Position numbers and translations under genes: made by a program. A stretch of DNA of 64,000 bases from a candidate division FCPU426 bacterium (GTDB taxonomy: Bacteria; Oederibacteriota; JAAXVQ01; JAUVAV01): contig DAOWGI010000031.1 in the NCBI GenBank assembly GCA_030637655.1, positions 3,706 through 67,705 on the forward strand, written 5' to 3'. Every line of letters begins with the position of its first letter. Position 1 is the first letter of the stretch. Shown here one piece after another: positions 40,941 to 51,029 of this stretch. The notes below the pieces were generated by a model. The model saw only the letters and a list, made by a program, of their open reading frames with translations, had not been told where the DNA came from and did no database searches.

Positions 40941-42566
40941 ATGAAGCAAACACTAAGCCGTATTCTAATTGCTTCCTTTTTATCACTGTTGATTTTTTCC
41001 TCAAGCTTTGCCCGGCAGCCATTGCCCGGACCGGAAGACTTTGAACCCGGTGTGCTGTTAGTAAAATTCAAAGCTGCTGTGTCTGCTGAAACAATTTCCG
41101 AAACAGCGACAACATTCGGAGTACAGACCAATCAGCTTGCCGATGTACTGCAAGCCATGCGCGCGCAATATAAAGTCGTTGCCTCCACAACTTTAACTCC
41201 TCTTAACATTGAGCGTTGGCAATTTTTAGACCAACACGCTTTAACCCGGACCAGGCAAACCATTCTGCACACCGGTTTAGTGGAGTATGTGGAGCCGAAT
41301 TACCAGCGCGTGGCACAGGCGCCGCGAACGGATGGTCCGAATGACACCTATTATCAAGCAGGTAACCAATGGTGGTTGGAAGCCGTTTCCGCGGACCGGG
41401 TTTTTGCGGAAAATATTTTGCCGGTCGGACAGGAAGTGATTGTGGCTGTTTTGGACAGCGGGATTTTATTAACGCACGAAGATCTAACGGCTAACCTGGT
41501 GTTGGGAAAAGATTATGTGATACAAAATGGCGTGGGTAATGATGATGATGGTCATGGTACGCATGTCGCGGGTATTGCCGGCGCGGTGACCAATAATAAT
41601 CTGGGCATGGCCGGAATAGCAGGAACCGCCAATGTCAAACTTATGCCAATAAAAATATTGGATCATGATGGTTTTGGGTATGACTCTGATATTGCCCAGG
41701 GAGTGATCTGGGCGGTGGACCATGGCGCCCGGGTTCTTAACCTGAGCTTTGGCAGTACAGCCATGGGAAAAGTATTGGAAGATGCCATTGCTTATGCCTA
41801 TCAAAAAAAATGTGTGATTATCGCGTCTGCTGGAAATGATGGAGACCTGGATAACCCGGTTATTTATCCGGCTGCGTATGACAAAGTGATTGCGGTCGCG
41901 GCGTGTACCTTGGCAGGAGTTCGGGCCGCCTATTCCGAGTATCATGATTATGTGGATTTGGCAGCGCCGGGCGGTGATGACGGCACGAACGCGGAAAGAA
42001 TGTTAAGTACCTATAACCAAACAAACGATTCGTACGCCTATGCTTTCGGCACTTCCATGGCCGCACCGGTGGTTTCCGGAGTGGCGGCCTTGCTGGTTCT
42101 CCAGGATCCGAGACGCACGGCCGAAGAAATTAAACAATTGCTGGTCAGCACAGCTGATAAAATCGGCAGCCTGCAAAATGATACTGATGGTTGGAATCGC
42201 TATTTGGGTTGGGGCCGGGTGAATTGCTTTCAGGCCTTAACGCGTTTTATTACGTTTCAAAGCCGGACAACCGGCCGCGCATCCTACAATTACCCTAATC
42301 CATTTAGTCCGGTGGTGGGAGAGCAAACGCATATTTTAATTCCTGTTGCGGAAACCGGAGCGCGCGCGCGTTTGCGGATCTTTGATAGTCTGGGATACTT
42401 GGTTTGTGAAAAGGATAATACCGGCACACAGATCTGGGCAGGCAGCATTATTACGTGGGACGGCCACGATAAAAACGGTGATTGGGTGGCCAATGGTGTG
42501 TATCCGTATATTTTGGATGTGGACGGCAAACGTTATAAAAATAAAATAGTGGTTTTGAACAAATGA
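40941..42566 (+). CDS. S8 serine peptidase with T9SS-type-A/FlgD-Ig-like C-terminal domain
   Basis: Signal peptide; LDSG, HGTH, GTSMAAP; C-terminal YNYPNPF...WDGHDKNG..VANGVY. Confidence 0.93.
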   Translation: MKQTLSRILIASFLSLLIFSSSFARQPLPGPEDFEPGVLLVKFKAAVSAETISETATTFGVQTNQLADVLQAMRAQYKVVASTTLTPLNIERWQFLDQHALTRTRQTILHTGLVEYVEPNYQRVAQAPRTDGPNDTYYQAGNQWWLEAVSADRVFAENILPVGQEVIVAVLDSGILLTHEDLTANLVLGKDYVIQNGVGNDDDGHGTHVAGIAGAVTNNNLGMAGIAGTANVKLMPIKILDHDGFGYDSDIAQGVIWAVDHGARVLNLSFGSTAMGKVLEDAIAYAYQKKCVIIASAGNDGDLDNPVIYPAAYDKVIAVAACTLAGVRAAYSEYHDYVDLAAPGGDDGTNAERMLSTYNQTNDSYAYAFGTSMAAPVVSGVAALLVLQDPRRTAEEIKQLLVSTADKIGSLQNDTDGWNRYLGWGRVNCFQALTRFITFQSRTTGRASYNYPNPFSPVVGEQTHILIPVAETGARARLRIFDSLGYLVCEKDNTGTQIWAGSIITWDGHDKNGDWVANGVYPYILDVDGKRYKNKIVVLNK

Positions 42567-42646
42567 TTGTAGGGGCACGATGCTTGTCCGACATCACTTT
42601 AGCGACGTCGGATGCCGTGCCCCTACCGCCAAAGGAAAAATGGCAC

Positions 42647-43612
42647 ATGGATTCATATTGGACACGAAAAACATTGCTCGGCATTTTAACGGGTTTGTGC
42701 ATTCTGCTAACAGTTGTAGTGCCAAATCGCATGGAGGCTGCCGGCCAGGCAGCGGCGTATCTGCGCGAAGGCGTAGGTGCCCGGGCTTTGGGCATGGGTA
42801 ATGCGGGAACCGCGGTGTCGCAGGATGCTTCTGCTGCCTATTGGAATCCGGCTTCCCTGGCCTTTATGCCTCTGCCTGCCAGTTTTGTCGCGCAGACTGT
42901 GATCTTGGGCTGGGAACGCTCTTGGAGTTATCTGAGTATTGCGTATTCCGACTTCACCACTGGTGATGAAAAATTTTCCTATGCCGCGAGTTGGATCAGT
43001 TTTTCAGCCGGTGGTGATCTGGAAGCCCGTGCGGTCAACCGTCCGGAACCGGATCACATCTTTCGTGATTCCCAAAACATGATTTCGTTTTCTGTCAGTG
43101 CCGGAAGTTTGAGGGATCTCTTTTCCCTTGGCCTGAATGTAAAAATGATTTTTCACAGTTTGGATACGGAATCAGCCAATGGTTTTGGTTTTGACCTGGG
43201 GTTGTGGAACGAGATCGCGGTGGGCACACAATGGGGAGTTGTATGGCAGGATGTGTACACTACCTTGGGTTGGGAAGATTGGCACGCGGATCGGGTGCCG
43301 GCCTATGTGCGCCTGGGTGCGGCGCAGTATTTTTTGGACAAACAACTGCTCCTGACCGGTGATTTGGGTCTGGAATTTTTTCACGCGGCCGGGGCTTTTC
43401 GGGATATGCGAGTTCATCTGGGTTTGGAATATTTTCTTATGCCGGCTCTGGCGCTGCGTGCCGGGTGGGACACGGACCGCTGGACCACAGGAGTTGGTTG
43501 GGAATTTTATATTCAAAAAGCGGCTTGGGTACATCTGGATTATGCCTTGGCCGGAGAACGTTTAAGCGACGAGGGCATCACCCAATTTATCTCTCTGACG
43601 GTAAATTTTTAA
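42647..43612 (+). CDS. PorV/PorQ-family outer-membrane beta-barrel protein
   Basis: GVGARALGMGNAGTAVSQDASAAYWNPASL; terminal Phe. ATG 42647 after aagga preferred; the longer start runs through a REP. Confidence 0.85.
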   Translation: MDSYWTRKTLLGILTGLCILLTVVVPNRMEAAGQAAAYLREGVGARALGMGNAGTAVSQDASAAYWNPASLAFMPLPASFVAQTVILGWERSWSYLSIAYSDFTTGDEKFSYAASWISFSAGGDLEARAVNRPEPDHIFRDSQNMISFSVSAGSLRDLFSLGLNVKMIFHSLDTESANGFGFDLGLWNEIAVGTQWGVVWQDVYTTLGWEDWHADRVPAYVRLGAAQYFLDKQLLLTGDLGLEFFHAAGAFRDMRVHLGLEYFLMPALALRAGWDTDRWTTGVGWEFYIQKAAWVHLDYALAGERLSDEGITQFISLTVNF

Positions 43613-43614
43613 AA

Positions 43615-43746
43615 CCTAACCCGGACCAGCCGGAACAAAAATATAACCGCCGATACACGCCGATATACGCAAATTAAAAATCTTTTTTATCCATTATGCA
43701 ATAAACATTTGCGTTTATCTGCGTGTATCGGCGGTTAATTTTCTTT
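43615..43746 (-). repeat. ~130-bp hairpin element with 9-bp tandem arms and GTTAGG tail (family copy)
   Basis: Reverse-complement homolog of 53855-53985 and 61460-61590. Confidence 0.85.
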
Positions 43747-43787
43747 CCATTTTGTAAGATACTAAGCCACCGAAAGGAGCCGAAAAT

Positions 43788-44528
43788 ATGGCAAGTGTTA
43801 AAGCGGAATTACTATTGCATGTACAGCGTTTGAAACATTACCTGCGTAAGCGCATGCATAATGGCGAGCCGGCCACTGTGTTTCAAAAAATCCGGCCGGC
43901 TCAACCGGGCAGCTCAACTGCCGCGACGGCAGCTGCTTCCGGAAGCACAGCGGCAAAACTGTATTCGGAATTTGAGCAATTGGCACAGACTGTACAATCG
44001 TGCACTCAATGTAAATTGGCGCAAACACGAAAACACGTAGTTTTTGGCGAGGGGGATATACAGGCCAAATTGGTTTTTGTGGGTGAAGCGCCGGGAGTGG
44101 ATGAAGATAGTGAAGGCCGGATTTTTGTGGGCGCGGCCGGCAAATTGCTTACCCGGATTATTGAATCTATCGGTCTGGCCAGAGAGGAAGTCTATATCTG
44201 CAATGTCTTGAAATGCCGTCCGCCGGGAAATCGAAATCCGGCTCCGGATGAAATTACAGCTTGCCAAAACTATTTGATCAAGCAACTTGAATTTTTACAG
44301 CCCAAACTCATATGCGTTCTGGGCACCTTTGCCGCGCAAACTCTGCTGGGATCACAGGAACCGATCGGACGTTTGCGAGGGAAAACGTATACCTATCAGA
44401 ACATACCCGTGATACCTACCTTTCATCCGGCTGCACTGCTCTATCATCCACAGAATAAAAAATTGGTCTGGGAAGATATGAAACGAGTGGCAAAAGCGTT
44501 GGGCATAACAATTTCTGCCAGAAAATAA
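43788..44528 (+). CDS. udg: Uracil-DNA glycosylase, family 4 (Fe-S)
   Basis: CTQCKL, FVGEAPG, FVGAAGKLL, NVLKCRPPGNR, TFHPAALL. Confidence 0.96.
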   Translation: MASVKAELLLHVQRLKHYLRKRMHNGEPATVFQKIRPAQPGSSTAATAAASGSTAAKLYSEFEQLAQTVQSCTQCKLAQTRKHVVFGEGDIQAKLVFVGEAPGVDEDSEGRIFVGAAGKLLTRIIESIGLAREEVYICNVLKCRPPGNRNPAPDEITACQNYLIKQLEFLQPKLICVLGTFAAQTLLGSQEPIGRLRGKTYTYQNIPVIPTFHPAALLYHPQNKKLVWEDMKRVAKALGITISARK

Positions 44529-44611
44529 AATCCAATTCTTCATTAGACACTTAAAAAACGCATCATAACTATAATATTTACAGCAAAAACTAAACAACTA
44601 CAATTTTGTTA

Positions 44612-44639
44612 TTGACATCCACTATATAATGGGTATTAT
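44612..44639 (+). promoter_or_regulatory. Putative sigma70 promoter
   Basis: ttgaca-16 bp-tattat upstream of the TolB-like gene. Confidence 0.4.
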
Positions 44640-44678
44640 CGTAAAAAGGAGCACAATATAATAGGGAGGTTAGGATTT

Positions 44679-45779
44679 GTGAAAATCCGGTTCACTTCTT
44701 CTCCTTTTGATGATGACGGAACTCTCTTAAAAGCATTGCTTCTTTTTGTGTTGCTTATTATTATACTTGTTTTTCTTTTTGGGCCGCCGGTCTATCCTGT
44801 GCCAACAGGACGTACTGCAAATGTTCCTGGGATAATATTGTCTTCTAAAATTGTGCCTATCATGAAGATTACTACGAAACCAAAAGTTTTATACCTTGCG
44901 GAAAAATCCTCGTTTCCACCGGTGATTGCGAACACGCCTCAGCCAACACCAACTCCAGCCGGCGGCGGGATTCTGCATAAAATTGCTTTTGCTTCCAACC
45001 GGGCTGATGGCCGGCATTATCAATTATATATGATGGATGCCAATGGAAAAAAAATGGAACGCTTGCATGAGTCCAATAGTTTTGATCGTGATCCGCATTT
45101 TTCCTATGACGGAACACGCTTGGCATTTACCTCGAACCGGACTGGGCGCTATCAAATTTACATTCTTGACTTAGCTACCCGGGCAGTGAAGCAGATTACG
45201 CACGGTAGAAACGATAAAACCAATCCCTTTTGGAGTCCGAACAATCAGCAAATTCTCTTTACCAGCCACAACCAGGAATCAGCTGAATTAGGCATCATGA
45301 ACGCGGAAGGAACCGGTATCCGGCAGCTGACCAATGATTTTGGCCACAGCCATGGTTACGGGTTTTCACCCAATGGTAGTTGGATCTCTTTTGAATCGAC
45401 CAGGAACAATCGGAATGAAATTTTTATGTATGACATTTTGGCTAAAACTTCAACACCTATTATTGCAAACGATGAGCTGACCTATCAGGGTGATCCGGTC
45501 TTCTCGCCGGCAGGCCGTAAACTGGTATTTACTTCCAATAATTCGGATAAAAATAAAAGGCAACTGTATATCTACGATCTGGACTGGAAGAAATATTATC
45601 GAATTACGCATGATGATATGGATAAAGACGACCCGATTTTTTCGCCGGACGGATCAAAGATAGCCTATGTGGCGTGTTGGGAAAATGCCTGGAATATTTT
45701 CATCACGGACGCAGACGGCAAGCATGCGCGCAATGTGACCAAAAGCTATTATGACAATGTAGTCCCCAGTTGGCGTTAA
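44679..45779 (+). CDS. Membrane-anchored TolB-like beta-propeller (PD40 repeats)
   Basis: N-terminal TM, PTPTP linker, repeated P.FS.DG..(I/L)AF.S units. Confidence 0.88.
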   Translation: MKIRFTSSPFDDDGTLLKALLLFVLLIIILVFLFGPPVYPVPTGRTANVPGIILSSKIVPIMKITTKPKVLYLAEKSSFPPVIANTPQPTPTPAGGGILHKIAFASNRADGRHYQLYMMDANGKKMERLHESNSFDRDPHFSYDGTRLAFTSNRTGRYQIYILDLATRAVKQITHGRNDKTNPFWSPNNQQILFTSHNQESAELGIMNAEGTGIRQLTNDFGHSHGYGFSPNGSWISFESTRNNRNEIFMYDILAKTSTPIIANDELTYQGDPVFSPAGRKLVFTSNNSDKNKRQLYIYDLDWKKYYRITHDDMDKDDPIFSPDGSKIAYVACWENAWNIFITDADGKHARNVTKSYYDNVVPSWR

Positions 45780-45850
45780 TTGTTCACAATCAGCTTGACG
45801 AAGTAGAAAAAGAGGCATAAAAAATATAGTGGGCTGTTGCTGCTTTCCGC

Positions 45851-45925
45851 GTAGAGACGCGATTAATCGCGTCTCTACAACAGATTGAAATAAAAGGTAG
45901 GGGCGCGATTAATCGCGCCCCTACA
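45851..45925. repeat. Two perfect REP palindromes
   Basis: gtagagacgcgattaatcgcgtctctac and gtaggggcgcgattaatcgcgcccctac. Confidence 0.85.
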
Positions 45926-45959
45926 AGATACTAAAAACTAAAGGGGGATAAAAGATTAT

Positions 45960-47306
45960 ATGAAAAAAGCGCTTGTTCTACTCACAGCACTGTTGTTACT
46001 GGTTGGCAGTGTAAACCCGGCGGATGCCAAGAAGGCCGAAAAAGCCGCAAGTAAAACCAGCACAGCGTATACACCACTCACTGCCGCGGAACAAATTACC
46101 GATATGACCGCTGGTTTTGCCTTCAATGGCGGGATTGATATTAAAATATTTGATATGGTAAATACGAATTATAGCGAGACTTCAGACTGGTATTTTTATC
46201 CGGTCTATCGCATGGCAGTGGCACAGGTTTTTGACAAGCGGAATTTTGGGTTGTATGCTGATATTGAGAAACCCGGTTATGCCAACATCACTTATCCCTT
46301 CATTAAAGTGAATGAACTCTATGCCAAATTTCAACAAGATACGTTTTATGTCAAACTCGGTCGTCAGGTGTTTGGCGACAAAGATGATCTCCTGCTGGGT
46401 CTGCAAAACGATGCTATTTCTCTGGGATTTGATCTGGGAACCACAGATCTCTTATTCTTCCTGGCCAGAACACAGATTACAACTCCCTGGAATACGGGTG
46501 GGAATATTGAGAGTGTGATCGGATTTGTGCCGTATTTTGGTTTGGGTGATACGATGGGTCTGCGTGGTTATCTTTTGATTGGTATGGAGCCGATTACCAT
46601 CACCACCGGGACCCCACCCGACACGTCGACCAAAGATACAGTCAACACCGCGATTCAGGCCGGAGGAAAATACTCCCTGGATATGCCGGTCGGATCCAAC
46701 GGCACGTTCGATTTGGATGCTCAGTTGGGCATTCAATTCGGACTGGCTCGAACCGCCGGTGATGATTCCATTGATGCCATGGGTTTGGGTCTCAAGCTGG
46801 ATGCCGCCTATGCTTCACAAGTTGAGACATTTGGATTTATGGTGGGCGCTCATGTTGTCTACACCAGCGGTGATCCGGATCCGGCAGTGAATACCAAATG
46901 CGGATTTGGAAGTTCTAATGCTTTGCCTGGTTCAGGTCCGGGATTGTTCTCGAAAATTCAGGATGGCGCCGGACCCTATACCTATTTGGACGGACACTTG
47001 GTAAGTGATAATAAAACCCAGAATTATGTTGGAGTGATGGCTCTGGGTGTGACAGGTGAATTTTCGTTTGGCGCCTGGAAACCAGGTTTGGGGATCTGGA
47101 TATATTCCAATACCGATGATGAGGGCAAGAGTCTGGGCACGGAATTGAACGAGTGGCTGATCTGGGAACTTTCCCAAGTGATCTCTTTTTATCAGCAAGC
47201 CGCGCTCTTTATCCCCAATCGCGATGGTATTGGGTGGCCGCCCTCGCCGGCCGATGCTCCCAAGAGCGCGATGAAGCTATTGTTTGGCAGTTCCATTACT
47301 TTTTAG
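45960..47306 (+). CDS. Outer-membrane beta-barrel protein (possibly alginate-export/porin-like)
   Basis: Signal peptide; NELYAK...VKLGRQ, YTSGD, LGTELN; terminal Phe. Confidence 0.7.
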   Translation: MKKALVLLTALLLLVGSVNPADAKKAEKAASKTSTAYTPLTAAEQITDMTAGFAFNGGIDIKIFDMVNTNYSETSDWYFYPVYRMAVAQVFDKRNFGLYADIEKPGYANITYPFIKVNELYAKFQQDTFYVKLGRQVFGDKDDLLLGLQNDAISLGFDLGTTDLLFFLARTQITTPWNTGGNIESVIGFVPYFGLGDTMGLRGYLLIGMEPITITTGTPPDTSTKDTVNTAIQAGGKYSLDMPVGSNGTFDLDAQLGIQFGLARTAGDDSIDAMGLGLKLDAAYASQVETFGFMVGAHVVYTSGDPDPAVNTKCGFGSSNALPGSGPGLFSKIQDGAGPYTYLDGHLVSDNKTQNYVGVMALGVTGEFSFGAWKPGLGIWIYSNTDDEGKSLGTELNEWLIWELSQVISFYQQAALFIPNRDGIGWPPSPADAPKSAMKLLFGSSITF

Positions 47307-47325
47307 TATCTTAGTTCTCAAATTC

Positions 47326-47365
47326 GTGCTTTTTATGGCGGAAAACTATTCGCCGTAAAGAGCGC
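47326..47365. terminator. Putative terminator hairpin
   Basis: gtgctttttatggcg...cgccgtaaagagcgc followed by A and T runs. Confidence 0.45.
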
Positions 47366-47377
47366 AAAAATTTTTTT

Positions 47378-47472
47378 TTGACAGGATAACAGGATTGATA
47401 GGATTTATTTAAAATCCCGTATATCCTGATAATCCTGTCAAAGATTTTCAGTTCCGGCTGGTCCGGGTTAGG
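47378..47472 (+). repeat. Variant 9-bp-arm hairpin element with the same ttccggctggtccgggttagg tail
   Basis: ttgacaggataacaggattgataggat ... atcctgataatcctgtcaa, followed by the shared tail. Confidence 0.75.
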
Positions 47473-47481
47473 AGTTGAATT

Positions 47482-47940
47482 ATGAATACGAAAGCTTGGT
47501 TACTTCTGTGGGGATTTTTTCTGTGTGCCGGGATTATGCTTAGCGCCGGTTGTTTTACCATGCCCACCTCACCGGCCTTGCTCACCAGTGGTGGTAGTGC
47601 TGACAGTAGCGGCGGTCACCATCATCCGGGAGATGACCCGGAGGGCGTGTTTGTGCCAACACCCACACCTGCTCCAACCTATGGCGGGGGAACAGGCAAT
47701 GGATCGATCAGCGGAACGGTTTCCAATTCCGCCGGCGGACAGATTATTGTTTTCGCGGTTCTCGGTAGCACGAGTGTTTTTGCAGAAGTGCACATTGTGG
47801 GAGACGGTCCGTTTACGCTTAGCGGTTTGTCTGACGGAGATTACGAGGTAACGGCGCTGGAAGGTACGAGTATGACCAATGAAGAACGGGTAACCATTAG
47901 TGGTGAAAATGCGGTCACCGATGTGCGTTTGAGTTTTTAG
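47482..47940 (+). CDS. Lipoprotein with carboxypeptidase-regulatory-like Ig domain
   Basis: Lipobox LSAGC; Pro/Thr/Gly linker; GSISGTV...GPFTLSGLSDGDYEVTA. Confidence 0.75.
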   Translation: MNTKAWLLLWGFFLCAGIMLSAGCFTMPTSPALLTSGGSADSSGGHHHPGDDPEGVFVPTPTPAPTYGGGTGNGSISGTVSNSAGGQIIVFAVLGSTSVFAEVHIVGDGPFTLSGLSDGDYEVTALEGTSMTNEERVTISGENAVTDVRLSF

Positions 47941-48086
47941 CCCGGGGAATTTTTGAAAGAGGGTAAAGGTTATATAAGGAAAAGCAAAAAGGCGATGGGT
48001 ATGATGCTCATGTTTGCCCAAAACAATAGAAATCCGGCAATAATCTTTTGCCGTAAGCGGAAAATATAGCTGTGGCGGTAAAAATT

Positions 48087-48126
48087 AAGGGGCGGAAAGT
48101 GCGAAGCATTTTTCCGCCCCTTTTTG
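48087..48126 (+). terminator. Intrinsic terminator
   Basis: aggggcggaaa...tttccgcccct stem followed by ttttgtttt. Confidence 0.75.
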
Positions 48127-48190
48127 TTTTATATTTCGATCACTTACCGGATAAACATGGCGCTGTATTTTATAAAGGGGAAATTATTTC

Positions 48191-50365
48191 ATGCTTGTTT
48201 TCGTTGCTTTAGCCATACCGCGTTTGCAACCGCTGACCTATAGCTGGCCGGAAAGCACTCCATTGCTTCCGGGTATGCGGGTTACGGTTCCTTTGGGGCG
48301 CAGGACAGTGGTGGGAGTAGTGGTTGGAGAGGCTGCGGAGAGCAAAGGCCGCGTGCTGAAAAATGTGATCAATACCTTGGATGAGAAGCCGGCCCTAACC
48401 AAAGAGCTGCTCAAACTTGGCCGGTGGATGGCGGAGTATTATCAGTGTACCTGGGGTGAGGCTTTGGCAGCCATGCTGCCGGTTAATGTTCCGGTAAAAA
48501 AAATGGAGCGTTTCTCTATGGCTGCTCTTGCGCCGGAAAAACAGTTGTCGCGAGGTATTGCGCAACGGCTGGTGGAACGTTTACAGGCCGGACCGTGCTT
48601 GCGTGCTGAGCTGTTGGAAGGGTTTTCAACCCAGGCTGCGCGTGTTTTGCAAAGCCTGATCAAACAGGGCTGGGTCCAATCTGAATTTATTTCTGTGCCG
48701 GCCAAGCCCGAACCGGTCTATTCCAGGCAACCGCGCACACGAAGTACGCCCTTGCAGCTGAATGACCATCAAGCCAAGGCGTTGAGCGCTATTCAATCGG
48801 CATTGCAGCGGCAAGAATATGCCGGTTTTCTTTTACACGGAGTGACTGGTAGTGGTAAGACAGAAGTCTATTTGCAGGCAATCGCGCAGACTTTGGAACA
48901 AAAACGCGGGGCGATTTTTTTAGTACCTGAGATTTCACTCACACCCCAGACGCGCGCGCGCATCGCAGATCGTTTTGGCGCTCACGTAGAAGTCTTGCAT
49001 TCCGGGATAACCACCAAAGAACGGAGTGGAGCCTGGAGGCGCATACGAGCAGGAACTTCCCAGGTCGTGTTGGGTGCGCGCTCAGCCATTTTTGCGCCAG
49101 TGCATGATCTGGGCTTGATTGTGGTAGACGAGGAATATGAGAGTTCTTACAAACAAGAGGACTCGCCCCGTTATCATGCCCGTGATATTGCTGCGGTGAG
49201 GGCCAAAGCCGGCCAGGCTGTGTTGGTTCTGGGGTCCGCTACACCAGCCGTTGAAACGTATTACAATGCGCAATTCGGAAAGTATCAATTATTGGAAATG
49301 CCCGAACGTGTGGATGCTAAGCAACTCCCAAAAGTTCGCATTGTGGACATGAGTCGTGAAATCAATCCGCAGCCCGGGTTGCCTATTTTTTCTCAAGTAT
49401 TATTAGAGGAAATCGAGAAACGTCTGGATGCTAAAGAACAAAGTATTTTATTCTTGAATCGGCGCGGATATGCGCCTCTGGTGATGTGTCCGGAGTGCCG
49501 GCATATTTTGACCTGTCCGGATTGCAGTATCTCGCTGGTCTATCATCAATCCAGTGACCGCTTGCTGTGTCATAGCTGTGGAAAATCCCAGTCACCACGA
49601 CCTGCTTGTCCCAAGTGCGGGACAGCTTGCATCCGTTTGGCTGGAGCCGGGACACAACGTGTGGAAGCAGAATTGCAAAAATATTTTCCTCGCGCCGGGA
49701 TACTGCGTTTGGACCAGGACACAGTCCGCAAACGCGGGGTATTGGAAAAAATCATGGATCAATTTGGAAAAAGGCAAGGTGATATTCTGGTAGGAACACA
49801 GATGGTAGCCAAAGGCATTGATTTTCCGGGCGTGACTTTAGTGGGCATTATATCCACAGATACGGCGCTGCATTTTCCGGATTTTCGGGCGGAAGAAAGA
49901 ACTTTTCAATTACTCGTACAAGTTGCCGGACGTGCCGGACGGGGTGGTAAGCCCGGCCTGGTCTTGGCACAAACACTCAACAGCGGGCATCCGATCATTG
50001 CTTTGGCACAAAAGCAGAATTATCTTGATTTTTACAACCGGGAAATTGAACAGCGCCGGGATCTTCTTTATCCGCCGTTTGCGCGTATGGCCAATATTAT
50101 ACTCCAAGGTAAAAATTCCACAGCTGTTCGGAATTTTGCCAAACGCGTGGTTGCAACAATGCGAAAATCAGCCGGCAAACGTGATATTATTCTCGGACCG
50201 GCGCCTTCGCCCAGAGAGCGAATCGCCCAAGAGAGTCGCTTTCAAATACTGGTTAAAAGTATTAACTACGCGGCCCGGAGCCGTGTTTTGAGTTCTGTGG
50301 CGCAAATTAAAGTGCCTTTTGGGATTCGTTTTATCGTAGATGTTGATCCGCAAAATATGTTATAA
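48191..50365 (+). CDS. priA: Primosomal protein N'
   Basis: GVTGSGKTEVY, VPEISLTPQ, DEEYE, GSATP, four CxxC pairs, GTQMVAKG, QVAGRAGR, DVDP. Confidence 0.97.
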   Translation: MLVFVALAIPRLQPLTYSWPESTPLLPGMRVTVPLGRRTVVGVVVGEAAESKGRVLKNVINTLDEKPALTKELLKLGRWMAEYYQCTWGEALAAMLPVNVPVKKMERFSMAALAPEKQLSRGIAQRLVERLQAGPCLRAELLEGFSTQAARVLQSLIKQGWVQSEFISVPAKPEPVYSRQPRTRSTPLQLNDHQAKALSAIQSALQRQEYAGFLLHGVTGSGKTEVYLQAIAQTLEQKRGAIFLVPEISLTPQTRARIADRFGAHVEVLHSGITTKERSGAWRRIRAGTSQVVLGARSAIFAPVHDLGLIVVDEEYESSYKQEDSPRYHARDIAAVRAKAGQAVLVLGSATPAVETYYNAQFGKYQLLEMPERVDAKQLPKVRIVDMSREINPQPGLPIFSQVLLEEIEKRLDAKEQSILFLNRRGYAPLVMCPECRHILTCPDCSISLVYHQSSDRLLCHSCGKSQSPRPACPKCGTACIRLAGAGTQRVEAELQKYFPRAGILRLDQDTVRKRGVLEKIMDQFGKRQGDILVGTQMVAKGIDFPGVTLVGIISTDTALHFPDFRAEERTFQLLVQVAGRAGRGGKPGLVLAQTLNSGHPIIALAQKQNYLDFYNREIEQRRDLLYPPFARMANIILQGKNSTAVRNFAKRVVATMRKSAGKRDIILGPAPSPRERIAQESRFQILVKSINYAARSRVLSSVAQIKVPFGIRFIVDVDPQNML

Positions 50366-50461
50366 AAAAGCACGTTTTTTTTTTACATTTACATAAGTGT
50401 GCCTTGAAACTAAGGGAAAAGATGTTATATAATATAATGCTGGTTGAAGAAGGTGATTAAA

Positions 50462-51007
50462 ATGGCAATAGTACCGGTATGCACGTGGGGTCATCCGGTT
50501 TTAAAAACTCGGGCCCAAAAAGTGGTTGAAATTACGGATGATATTCGTTGCTTGGTTCGGGATATGCAGGAAACCATGCAAGCACAAAACGGTGTCGGTT
50601 TGGCAGCCAATCAAGTTGGTGAAGCCATACGGATATTTGTGGTTGAAATTCCGCAAAAAACCACTGAGCCGATCCGTTATACTTTGATTAATCCTGAATT
50701 GACGTACAAGAGTAAAACCAAAGAGAGTCAAGATGAAGGTTGTTTATCTTTTCCGGAAATATACGGTCCGGTTGAGAGGTTTTTGGAGGTGGAAGTGCGA
50801 GGTACGGATTTGGACAACCAACCGGTCGTGGTACGCGGGAGCGGATTGTTGGCGCGCGCCATGCAGCATGAATTGGATCATTTGGATGGTATGGTCTTTG
50901 TGGAGCGCATGAATATTGTGCACCGCCTGTGTCTGAAAAAACAATTGAAAGCCTTGGCGCAAAAGACCAAAGCCAGGTTGGCCGGACAAGGGATAAAGAA
51001 ATATTAA
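50462..51007 (+). CDS. def: Peptide deformylase
   Basis: GVGLAANQVG, EGCLS, QHELDHLDG. Confidence 0.97.
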   Translation: MAIVPVCTWGHPVLKTRAQKVVEITDDIRCLVRDMQETMQAQNGVGLAANQVGEAIRIFVVEIPQKTTEPIRYTLINPELTYKSKTKESQDEGCLSFPEIYGPVERFLEVEVRGTDLDNQPVVVRGSGLLARAMQHELDHLDGMVFVERMNIVHRLCLKKQLKALAQKTKARLAGQGIKKY

Positions 51008-51029
51008 TGGTGAAAAGAGAAAGGACGTT

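Noticed and set aside
47995-48069. 24-codon ORF or riboswitch before the terminator upstream of priA
   Set aside because: No recognisable aptamer or leader-peptide signature; the hairpin is adequately explained as the terminator of the upstream genes.
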